DNA from: an uncultured Holophagales bacterium
GTDB lineage: Bacteria > Acidobacteriota > Thermoanaerobaculia > Multivoradales > UBA5704
NCBI GenBank assembly: GCA_963842525.1
Contig: CAWJGT010000009.1
Span: 1,856,001-1,920,000 of the forward strand
DNA length: 64,000 nucleotides
Direction of reading: 5' to 3'
A model generated the notes under the pieces. That model made no database searches, was not told the DNA's origin, and saw only the letters and a list, made by a program, of their open reading frames with translations. Positions 29,693-39,422 of this stretch are shown one piece after another (the stretch's first letter is position 1; every line of letters starts with the position of its first letter). Both the position numbers and the translations under genes were made by a program.

Positions 29693-32600
29693 GCCCTGCC
29701 GTTTGGATGTTGCAGAATGATCCCCTCCAACCACCGCACCTCCCGCGCCCGCCGTCCATACCCGGTCTCCTTCACCAGCTCCCGCGCCCGCGCCACATGC
29801 CGCCGCGCCGCGGCGAGATCCCCCTGGTCCCGGCATAGGCGCGCCCACTCCAGGTGAGCGTCGCACTCGTGAAGACGCATCGGCCCGCGCTCGGCGATCT
29901 CCAGGGCCTCGGTGAGGTCCGCGGCGGCACCGGCGAAGTCGGAACGGAAGCGCCGGAGGGCGGCGCGGGCCAGGAGGCCGCGGGGCAGGGCGTCCTCCTG
30001 GCCGGCCCGCCGGAGGCCGTCCACTGCCCGGTCCAATTGCTCGGCGGCTTGGGCGAACCCGGCGGCGCGGTTCTCTCCAGGGGCAGCCGGCTGAGGGGCC
30101 GTCAGGGCCAGGCCGAGGTGGGCGCGGCCCAGGGTGAGGTGGTCGAGGGCGATGTCGAGGAGCCAGTGATTCCTTTCTGCAACCCGCAGGGCTTCGTTCC
30201 CCCGCTCCAGCACCTCACGGCAGGCCTGCCGGAACCGCTCCGCCTCCTCCGGTCGGGAGCCCAGCCCGGCGAGCCCGTCCAGCCCGGACCCGGCCTCCGG
30301 CTCCGCCCGGCCCAGCAGCAGATCGCAGTACCGAAAACCCGGGAGCGAGTAGAGCCGGGGGTACTCCGGCTGCCACTCCGCCTGCATCGCCTCGGCCTCG
30401 CGGAAGGCCGCCGCGCTCTCCTCCCACCGGCCCGCCTGGTGCAGGGCGTCGGCCCACCTCGTCCGGCTGGCCATCCGCTAGAAGGCATCGCCGCTGCGGT
30501 CGGCCAGCTCGACGCTCTGCTCGCCGAACGCCACGGCGCGCGGCACATCCCCCAGGGTCAGGGTCAGCTCGCTGAGGTTGCTGGCGTCGGCCGCGGCGTT
30601 CTTCCAATCCTCCCTGCGGCGAGTGCGCCTCCAGCCCCGCCTGCATCGGCTCGACCGCCTCCGCCAGGCGGCCCAGGGCGCGCAGGTCGAAGGCGGCCTG
30701 GCTCAGGACGAACGCCTGATCCGCCGCGGTGAGGCGGGCGGAGGGCTGGGACCAGGGGCGATCGAAGAAGCCCGCCAGCGCCGTCAGCTCCGAGCCGAAG
30801 GCCCCGAGCTTCCTCGGGCTGTAGAACTCGTTCCCCCGCTGGATCCGCCGCCAGTAGACCTCGTCCATCGCCTCCTGCTGCCGCCCTGCCTGGCAGCCGT
30901 GGACGACGGCGGCGTAGAGAGGCTGCATCGCTTCCAGGGTGTCGGGGAGGTCCGGCGCTGCCTGGCGCAGGTGCTCGTAGAGGCGCCGGTTGCCTTCCTG
31001 CCAGGCGTCGGGGCGGTGGCTCTCGAGCTCTTCCGCGAAGCAGGCGCGCACCAGGGGATGGGCGTCGAGGGTCTCCGGCTCCTGCGGATCGGCCGCCGCC
31101 AGCAGGCTGTGGTCCCGCAGGGTGGTGACGGCGAGCCGCCAGTCCTCGTCCGAGAGGTCCACCAGGGGCTCCGTGAGACCCGGGATCGGCGGCGCGGCGC
31201 GCAGGGCCTTCAGGGCGCCGGCCTCCGCCGGCCGGTCGAAGAGGCCGAGGAGGCGGAGGATCGCCAGCTCCGGACCCTCTCCCAGCCAGCGGGCGTAGGC
31301 GGCGATCACGCGGAACGCGTGGCCGCCCTGTGTCTCGTTGGCGCGGTGGAGGTCGATCTCGCGCCGCTTGCGGACATCGCCGCCATGGGCCCGGCGCAGG
31401 AAGTTGCCGAGGAGGGTCAGGGTGAGGGCGTGCCGTTGGAAGTCCTCGGCCGCGGCGCGCAGCTCGCTCTCCCGGCCGGCCACTCCGAGCTGGCGGAGCA
31501 AGGCCACAGCCGCATCCAGCTCCAGATCCTCCAGAGCGATCTGCGGCGCCGTGCTCGGAGAGCCGGCGAGGTCGGCGATCCGTTCCCGGGTGGTGACCAC
31601 GCAGAGGCCCGGGTTGCCCGCGGCCAGGCCCTTGAGCAGGGCGGCGAGGCCGGGGTCCTTGAGGCGGCCTTCGATCTCCGGCCGGCCCGGCGGGTATTGC
31701 AGGGGCTCGATGCCGTCGAGGACGAGCAGGGAGCGCTCCTTCCTTATTAGATAGGCGAGACGGGCGCCGCGGTCGTGCAGGGAGCCGGCCTTGGGGTCGG
31801 GATCGCCGAAGAAGCGGAGGGCGTAGTCGATGAACGGCTCGGCGGAGGTGACTCGGTCTTTGCTGCCCTGGCTGTAGAACGACCAGTCGAGCACCCGCGC
31901 GGCACCGCGCCAGCCGTCGGCCGCCATGCGGTCCATCCAGCGGGCGACCAGCGCGGACTTGCCGACGCCTCCGAAGGCCACCAGGGTGAGGACATGGATG
32001 GCCGGGTCGTCCCAGGCGGCATCGAGACGGGCGATCTCCGCCTCCCGGCCGACGAAGTGCAGGCCGGGGATGGGCAGGCGGCCGAGGTCGAGAGAGGGGG
32101 TGGTTTCTTCCCCTGGGACCGCGGGCGTCCCGCCCGCTCTCCACGAACTTGGGCCGGCGTTGAGCTGGCGGTAGCGCCTCGGTCGCTGGGAGTCTGAGCG
32201 GGCGAGACGCCCGCGGTTCCAGGGTCCCCCGCCCTCCCGACTTCGAGCGCGTCCTGCTGCAACAGGTCCGCGATCTCTTCGGCAAGAGCGGAGAGGTCCT
32301 CCTCGACCTCCGCCTTCCGGCTTTTCGAGAGAGGCCGGCCGTCGGTGGGTCGGCCTTGGATCTCTGCCAACCACGGGACCCGGCGCCACGGGCAGGGGCG
32401 GACGATGAGCGGGATGATCCGCAGCCCATCCTTCGCGCGGCGCTGCAGGAGGCGAGGAACCTCCGTGCCGCGAATGAATTCCGAATTCAGGAAGTCGGCC
32501 GAAATCAGCAGCACGGCGGCCTGGGCGTGCTCTATAGCCGTCTCGATCTCAGCGCGCCAGCCTTCGCCCGCGGCGATCCTCCGGTCGTCCCAGAGGTCGA

Positions 32601-32697
32601 AGGCGCCCTCCCGCGCCAGGACGCGCAACTGGCTGACGACCTTGTCCTTCCAGGTCTCGTCGCGATGGCTGTAGCTGATGAAGACCTGGTCTCGCAT
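29686..32697 (-). CDS. TIR + STAND NTPase + TPR (NLR-like); frameshifts near 32170, 30620 and 30480
   Basis: VFISYSH..LWDD..FIRGTEV; FVGREAE, AFGGVGKS, LVLDGIE; TPR-like tail. Confidence 0.85.
32115..32220. repeat. Inverted REP-like pair inside the TIR-STAND linker
   Basis: GGGACCGCGGGCGTCCCGCCCGCTC and a near reverse complement at 32196-32220. Confidence 0.75.
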
Positions 32698-32750
32698 GGG
32701 GCTCTCGCTGGCTGAACAGGCAACTCCTTCATTATGCGCCAAACCGGGCG

Positions 32751-33036
32751 GCGGGTAGAGATGCCCCCGTCCGTGACCACGAAACGGCCGGGTGCAAACC
32801 GTCGGGGCGTCTCACGGCCCCAGATTCCACCAACGCCGGCAGCACGCCGACGGCGATATGGTGCCTGCCAGGGGCGAATGGCTGGTAGGTGGCCGTCCCT
32901 GCACACAGCGGCCCGGGGGATGGTTTGGTTGTTTCCTGCGCGAGAGCGAATCCGTTTTCGCCGGCGAGGCCTTGAGACGCCCCGACCAGGTGCACCCGGT
33001 AGATTTGTGGTTGCGGACTGGGGGCGTCTCTACCGC
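32751..33036. repeat. ~70-bp imperfect inverted repeats (element copies B and C) around a ~150-bp core
   Basis: 32751-32819 is the approximate reverse complement of 32968-33036. Confidence 0.75.
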
Positions 33037-33320
33037 AGCGTCACAATCCTTCGCCGCAGCGCGCGTGTCCATGCCGCAGAGGCAGGGTACTTGCCGCGCC
33101 GCACGCGACTTTGCCGCAACGTTCTCGTCTCTGCCGCAGAGCCAAGGTACTTTGCCCGCGTCGTACGTGTCTCTGCCGCAATGCACAGGTTGCCGCCGCA
33201 GCGTGCGTGGCTCTACCGCAGGGGAGTCTCCTCTGCCGCAATGTGCTCGTCTTCTACCGCAGAGGTCTGGTACCGTGCCGCGCAGTACACGTCCCTGCCG
33301 CAATGTAACCTGCCCCCGCA
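33031..33320 (+). repeat. Periodic array: TGCCGCA-like cores every 20-21 bp with variable spacers (14-15 units)
   Basis: Cores start at 33031, 052, 072, 092, 112, 132, 153, 174, 194, 214, 234, 255, 276, 296. Confidence 0.85.
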
Positions 33321-33386
33321 GGGCGGGATAGGGGTGAGGTTCCTCGGCACCTTGTAGAATAGGCGGTGACTTTGGGAGGGATCGGG

Positions 33387-34679
33387 ATGCGAAAGAGGAT
33401 CTGGCTGCTGGGCGGGATGACACTGTTGGTGCTGGCAGGAGGCCCCGCGGTTGTCGCGGCACAGCCCTCCGCGGAGCTGATCGAGCGGGCGCGGCGGCTG
33501 CTGCGCGAGACGCCGCTCGTCGACGGGCACAACGACCTCCCGTGGGAGCTGCGCCAGCGGGTGCAGAACCACCTGGACAAGCTCGACCTGAACGCGGACA
33601 CCAGCCGGCTCGAGAGGCCGATGCACACCGATATCCCGCGCCTGCGCCAGGGCGGCGTGGGGGCGCAGTTCTGGTCGGTCTACATCCCCGCCGACGTGGC
33701 CGGGCCGGCGGCGATCCGCACGGTCCTCGAGCAGATCGACGTCGTCCACCGTCTGGCCGAGCGCTATCCGGACGCCTTCGAGATCGCTCTCACCGCCGAC
33801 GACGCCGTACGCATCCACAAGGCGGGCCGGATCGCCTCCCTGATCGGCATGGAAGGAGGGCACTCGATCGACAACTCGCTGGCCACCCTCCGCCAGCTCT
33901 ACGCGGCCGGCGCCCGCTACATGACGCTGACGCACTCCAAGAACAACGACTGGGCCGACTCCGGGACCGATGCACCCAAGCACGGCGGCCTGAGCCGCTT
34001 CGGCGAGGAGGTGGTGCGGGAGATGAACCGCCTCGGCATGCTGGTGGACCTCTCGCACGTCTCCCCCGAGACGATGAAGGACGCGATGGCGGTCTCCTCA
34101 GCACCGGCCATTTTTTCCCACTCTTCAGCGCGCGCCGTGGATGCCCATCCGCGCAATGTGCCCGACGACGTGCTGCGGATGCTCCCGCAGGAGGGTGGAG
34201 TGGTCATGGTGACCTTCGTGCCGTCGTTCGTCTCCGAGGAGGTCCGGGCCTGGAGCGCCGCGGACGACGCCGAGGAGGCACGGCTCAAGGCGCTCCATCC
34301 GGACGATCCGGACCGGGTCAAGAGCGGGCTCGAAACCTGGCGCCAGGCTCATCCAACACCGAGGGCGACGCTCGCGCAGGTGGCCGATCACATCGAGCAC
34401 GTGCGCAAGATCGCGGGCATCGACCACGTGGGCATCGGCTCGGACTTCGACGGCATCACCAGCGTGCCCGTGGGGCTTGAGGGGGTGGACGACTATCCCG
34501 TCCTGCTCGCCGAGCTGATGCGCCGCGGCTGGAGCGACGAAGAGATCGGCAAGCTCGCCGGGCAGAACCTGCTGCGCACCCTGCGCGAGACCGAACGGGT
34601 CGCGGCCCGGCTGCGCAAGGAGAGGGCTGCCTCGGATGCGCTGATCGAGGAGCTGGACCAAAAGGCGCCGCCGCCATAA
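33387..34679 (+). CDS. Membrane dipeptidase (peptidase M19)
   Basis: DGHNDLPW, GMEGGH, YMTLTH, VDLSH, FSHS, GIGSDFDG. Confidence 0.93.
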   Translation: MRKRIWLLGGMTLLVLAGGPAVVAAQPSAELIERARRLLRETPLVDGHNDLPWELRQRVQNHLDKLDLNADTSRLERPMHTDIPRLRQGGVGAQFWSVYIPADVAGPAAIRTVLEQIDVVHRLAERYPDAFEIALTADDAVRIHKAGRIASLIGMEGGHSIDNSLATLRQLYAAGARYMTLTHSKNNDWADSGTDAPKHGGLSRFGEEVVREMNRLGMLVDLSHVSPETMKDAMAVSSAPAIFSHSSARAVDAHPRNVPDDVLRMLPQEGGVVMVTFVPSFVSEEVRAWSAADDAEEARLKALHPDDPDRVKSGLETWRQAHPTPRATLAQVADHIEHVRKIAGIDHVGIGSDFDGITSVPVGLEGVDDYPVLLAELMRRGWSDEEIGKLAGQNLLRTLRETERVAARLRKERAASDALIEELDQKAPPP

Positions 34680-34802
34680 ATCAATCCCCCTCTCCCGGTC
34701 GGGGTGAGGACGGCACGCCCTTTGCTTGAACGCCCACATTGAGCGCGGGGGTCGGGAGAGTGCATTCCGCGATCGCTCGGCCCCGCCGGAGGGATTCGAG
34801 CG

Positions 34803-37462
34803 ATGCGCACGCGTTGGATTTCCCGATCGATCTGCGCTGCCAGCCTGCTCTGTCTCCTCTCTCCCGGACACACCTTTGCCGATGCGGGAGGTATCCCGGC
34901 GGATCGCATCGCGGCCTGGACCGAGGAAGAGGTGGAGTTCCTTGCCACGGCCCGCGAACGCGAAAAGCTCCGCGAGCTGACGGGTGAGAGCGAGCGTGAG
35001 ATGTTCATGCAGGGCTTCTGGCAGGCCCGCGACCCCTATCCCCAGACCCCCCGCAACGAATTGCGCGAAGAGTGGGAGAGCCGGATGCAGACCATGCATC
35101 AACGGTGGGGGAGCCTGCAGGACGACCGTTCGCGGGTCTTCCTGCTGCAAGGCGAGCCCACGACGGCCTTTGCGGCGAGCTGCCCGGGCTCCGGGACCTT
35201 CGAGGTCTGGGTCTACGAGCCCCGGTTCCGGGCCAAGTACCGGACCGTGCTGATCTTCCAGGGGGATGGAGCGGGAGCTCCCGCCCGGCTGTGGCAGCCC
35301 GGGCCGGGTGCAATCGACCTCGCGGCGATCGCAGCCACCGCAGCCATCGCGACCGACGCGACCGATGCCTGCACCAACCGGGACAAGCTCGCCGAGGAGG
35401 CCAAGATGGGTCCGCTGGGCAGGGACGGAGCACTACAAAGCCACGATGGAGCGGGCCCTCGCCAAGCCGCGCCCCCGCGAATGGATCTCCTCCTTCCAGC
35501 CCATCACGGTGGACGCTCCGCAACAAGGAGCGACCTTGGACGCCGGACTGTACGTCGAGTTTGCCGGCCGGCTCCAGGACAAGGTGGTCGTGCGCGTGCT
35601 GCTGGCCGTAGCGCCGGAATCGCTGCCGCAGGGACAGACGGTGCCAGTCCGCAACGAGCACGAATTTCTCCTCGCGGGCCGGGTCCTCTCGAGCGCCGGA
35701 TCGCCTGAAAGCTTCCTCTACCGCTTCCGCGCCAAGCCGCGTGTGGCGACAGCGGGCCGGCAGGCGATCCCGTTGACGTTCGAGCGCTATCTCTCCCCGG
35801 GCCGCTATCAGTTGCGGGTGAAGCTGCAGCACCTGCCGACGAAGAGCTACTTCGTGAGAGAGCGGGAGATCGAGGTGCCGGAGGTCCAGGTGGCGAAGGC
35901 CCATCCTGTCAGCCCGCCGCCCGCGGCGCCCGCAGCGCCCGCAGCGCCCGTAGCGATCATCCCGCTCGCGACGTCCACCGTCGCTCCAGCGGCGCTCCAT
36001 GCCCAGACCGCCCCGGCCGCGTCGCCGGTGCCCGCCGTAGAGCCGCCCGAGCTTCTCCCGGCTCTATGCCGAGGCCGACTCCTCGCTCTCGGCGAGCCGT
36101 CCAGGCCTGCGGCTCCTGGTGCCGCCCGGCGCCCTGCTCACCGGCAATGTGCGCTTCGCGGCGCGGGTGGACTACGCTCCCGGCCTGGCACCGGAGCAGC
36201 AGATCCACAAGGTCGCCTTCTCCCTGGACGGCAAGCGGCTCCTCGTCCGCAACAACCCGCCCTACGAGATGGCGGTGGACCTCGGGCCGCTGCCGCGCCC
36301 GCAGCGGCTCCGGGTCGAGGGGCTGGGCGCCGGGGGTGAGGTGCTGGTCACCGACGAGGTCCCGATCAACACCGGCGCGCAGCAGTTCCGGGTCCGCCTG
36401 CTGGAGCCTCGCCAGGGAGTCGCCTACCGCGAAAGCCTGCGCGCCCGGGCCGCCGTCGAGGCGCCGGACGGCGCCAAGGTCGAGCGGCTGGAGCTCTATC
36501 TCGGCGAGGATCTGATCGCGACGCTCTACCAGCCGCCGTACGCGCTGCCGATCGCGCTGTCGCAAGCGGGCGAGGTGGGCTATGTGCGCGCCGTGGCCTA
36601 CCTGGCCGGCGGCGGGGCCGCCGAGGACATCGTGCTGCTCAACGTGCCCGACCCTCCGGACCAGATGGACGTCCACATGGTCGAGCTGTACACGACCATC
36701 GTCGACAAAACGGGGCGGCCGGTCACGGCCGGCTTCGGGCCGGACAAGCTCACGGTCCTCGAAGACGGGGTCCGGCAGTCGATCCGGCAGGTCGACCAGG
36801 TTGGGGACACGCCGGTCCGCCTGGTGACCCTGATCGACACCTCGGGCTCGATGCGCGGCCAGATGGACGCCACCCGGCAGGCGGCGCTCGGCTTCCTGCG
36901 CCGAACGCTGCGGCCGCGCGACCAGGCGGCGGTGATCACCTTCAACACCTCGCCCCAAGTGTCGGTCCCGCTGACCAACGACCTCGCGATGCTGGAGGAG
37001 GGGCTCACCGGCCTGCTCGCGGAGGAGGACACCTCGCTCTACGACAGCCTCGTCTACTCCCTCTACTACCTGACCGGAGCCCGGGGGCAGCGGGCGGTCC
37101 TGCTGCTTTCCGACGGCCTCGACCGTTCGAGCCGCTACACCTTCGAGCAGGCCGTGGAGTGTGCCCGGCGGGCAGGCATCACCGTCTACGCCGTCGGCCT
37201 GGGCCTGCCGGACGGCCCTGACGGTGAGCCGGCAAGGAAGCTGAAGCAGCTCACCGAGGTGACCGGAGGGCAGAGCTTCTTCGCCGCCAATACCGGGGAG
37301 CTCGACGGCATCTACGAGGCGATCGAGAAGGATCTGCGCTCCCAGTACCGGATCGCCTACCAGTCCACCAACACGGCGCCGAAGGGCCCCTTCCGCACCG
37401 TCCAGGTCAAAGTGGCCCAGAACGGCCTCGACGCGCGGACGATCAGCGGGTATTACCCGTAA
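34803..37462 (+). CDS. GWxTD + VWA domain protein (frameshifts near 35405 and 36060)
   Basis: FWQARDPYP..NE..DDRSRVFLLQGEP; MIDAS DTSGSM, TSLYD, LLSDG. Confidence 0.85.
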
Positions 37463-37510
37463 GCCCTCTCCCCCTGACCCCCTCTCCCGCGGGTGCGGGA
37501 GAGGGGGAAC
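37463..37510. repeat. CCCTCTCCC...GGGAGAGGG REP-like palindrome (also near 16447-16506, 25122-25225, 54356-54495)
   Basis: Recurrent GC-rich hairpin; may act as a terminator between convergent genes. Confidence 0.7.
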
Positions 37511-37513
37511 GCT

Positions 37514-37921
37514 TCACGCCCCCACATGCACTAGCACATTGCGCTGGCTGCGGAAGCGGCGGTGCTCCCAGAGATAGATTCCCTGCCAGGTGCCGAGGCC
37601 GAGGCGGCTGTCGAGGACGGGAATCGAAAGCGAGCTGGCGGTGAGGGCTGCCTTGACGTGCGACGGCATGTCGTCCGGCCCTTCCGCCGTGTGGGTATAG
37701 AGCGGATCGTTCTCCGGCACCAGCCGGTTCAGCCACCGTTCGAGGTCGCGCCGCGCCGACGGATCGGCGTTCTCCTGGATCACCAGGCTGGCCGACGTGT
37801 GCTGGAGGAACACCGTGCAGAGCCCCTCCTGCACGCCGCTCTCGCGCACCACCTCCGCGATCTCGCGGGTGATCTCGTGCAGGCCCTGGCCGGCGATGGT
37901 CACGGAAAGCTTTTTCACCAT
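37514..37921 (-). CDS. yjbQ: YjbQ/UPF0047 family protein
   Basis: HTSASLVIQEN, HTAEGPDDMPSHVK, LGTWQGIYLWEHR. Confidence 0.92.
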   Translation of the reverse strand: MVKKLSVTIAGQGLHEITREIAEVVRESGVQEGLCTVFLQHTSASLVIQENADPSARRDLERWLNRLVPENDPLYTHTAEGPDDMPSHVKAALTASSLSIPVLDSRLGLGTWQGIYLWEHRRFRSQRNVLVHVGA

Positions 37922-37974
37922 GGGTGACTCCCAGAGGCCGTGACCTTAGGGGACTTCCGGGTTCGCGTCAATCC

Positions 37975-39405
37975 TCACCCTCCGCCCCCGCAGAACGTCG
38001 GCGGGTGGGGCTCCGAGGCGCGGCTGAGCTGGAAGCTGTAGTCGGCCGCGAACGTCGGATTGGGCCCGGACAGGCTGCTGCAGGCGATCGGCGCGCTCTG
38101 GTGGCAGTCCAGACACGAATGGGTCTGGACGTAGGTCTCGGCTGTCAGATTGGACAGCCCGGTCGTCGGCGCCGCGGCTCCCTGACTCAAAGGTGTAATG
38201 CCTCCCACCGGAAACCCTTCGCCGGATTGTGGCCACAGGGCGTTCACCAGCCGGTAGTTGAGGAAGACCGACTTCGGATTGGCCTTGCGGATGGCAGCGT
38301 GGACGCCGTCGTTGAGGGTTTTTACATAGCCCGGGATGGGCACCTCGCGGACCACCTGGATGGGGACATCGCGCTTGTCGCCCGGCTGGGGCTTGCGGTT
38401 CGGTTGGCACTGCGGGCTTCCCGCAGGCTCACAGCGTGGATTGTAAAAGTGATAGGGCGGGCTCAGATGGCTCGTCGCCACCTCGACACGGTCCGGCGCG
38501 TTCTTGATGTGCTCGAAGGTGGCCCAGGTCCAGTTGGGCATGGTCGACGTTTTGTGAATGATGTGCAGGCCCACGAGCCCCATCTTCGCAGGCCGGCAGC
38601 GCCCATTTGGCTCGACGAGCACCGCGTCCATCATCAGGAACTGGTCCCATTGCGAGCGGTCCACCTCCAGCCAGGCCGCTTTGATCTCGATGGCACCTGT
38701 CGGACCATAGCGCGTCGCGCTGGCAGGCAGGTCGATCCCCTGGCCGCCGGACTGGACGGCGGCGTACTGGTTGCGGGCGTCATAGAACTGGTTCTGCGGA
38801 TCGACGATGTAGTTGAAGAAGTCCTGGTTGAGCCGGACCTCGTAATAGACGTTTTTGCGGTTCTGCGCCGTCAGCCAGGCCGGGGGCCGGACGCCCGCCT
38901 CCTGGACCTCGTCCAGCACCTGCCGGCCGATCAGGTCCTCGGAGAACTTCGAGGTCATGGACAGCGTGTGATAGCCCACGCTTTTGGTGAGCACCAGCCC
39001 GTTGGTGGGGCAGCCGGCCGGCGCGTCCTGCGGATCACCCCAGGGCGTGGGGACCGCGCCGCCGGGAGGAAACACCTCCGAGGCCTCCTTGAAGGTCTCC
39101 CACACTACGGGATCGAAGCCGGTCGAACCGAAGGTACCCGGCCCGGCCGTCCGGTCCGGCTGGCCGGGGGCGCCGGCTTTCCAGTTGAGAGCGATGAACT
39201 CCTGCCAGGCGAAGCAGTTGACGTCCGGTTGCTCGGTCAGGGTCGCGTCGGCCGGCAGGTCGGGAGCGATCTTCGGAAAGGTGATGCAGGTGTTGGCGGA
39301 GGCGCCGCCGGGCGTGCCCGCGGGGGTGTTGGCAGAACCGGCGGACCGCAGCCCGAGAGCGGCGAAGGGGACGAGGGTCGCGAGGAGCAGCAGCTTTCTG
39401 ATCAT
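37975..39405 (-). CDS. Secreted protein with a single C-terminal CxxCH (putative c-type heme)
   Basis: Signal peptide; AWQEFIALNW, EIKAAW, GLHIIHK, WATFEH, SCLDCHQ. Confidence 0.75.
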   Translation of the reverse strand: MIRKLLLLATLVPFAALGLRSAGSANTPAGTPGGASANTCITFPKIAPDLPADATLTEQPDVNCFAWQEFIALNWKAGAPGQPDRTAGPGTFGSTGFDPVVWETFKEASEVFPPGGAVPTPWGDPQDAPAGCPTNGLVLTKSVGYHTLSMTSKFSEDLIGRQVLDEVQEAGVRPPAWLTAQNRKNVYYEVRLNQDFFNYIVDPQNQFYDARNQYAAVQSGGQGIDLPASATRYGPTGAIEIKAAWLEVDRSQWDQFLMMDAVLVEPNGRCRPAKMGLVGLHIIHKTSTMPNWTWATFEHIKNAPDRVEVATSHLSPPYHFYNPRCEPAGSPQCQPNRKPQPGDKRDVPIQVVREVPIPGYVKTLNDGVHAAIRKANPKSVFLNYRLVNALWPQSGEGFPVGGITPLSQGAAAPTTGLSNLTAETYVQTHSCLDCHQSAPIACSSLSGPNPTFAADYSFQLSRASEPHPPTFCGGGG

Positions 39406-39422
39406 GTTTTCGTCTCCCAGGC

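Noticed and set aside
33031-33320. CRISPR array
   Set aside because: Repeats are only 7 bp and degenerate, spacers are 13-14 nt, and there are no cas genes. Reported as a different kind of array.
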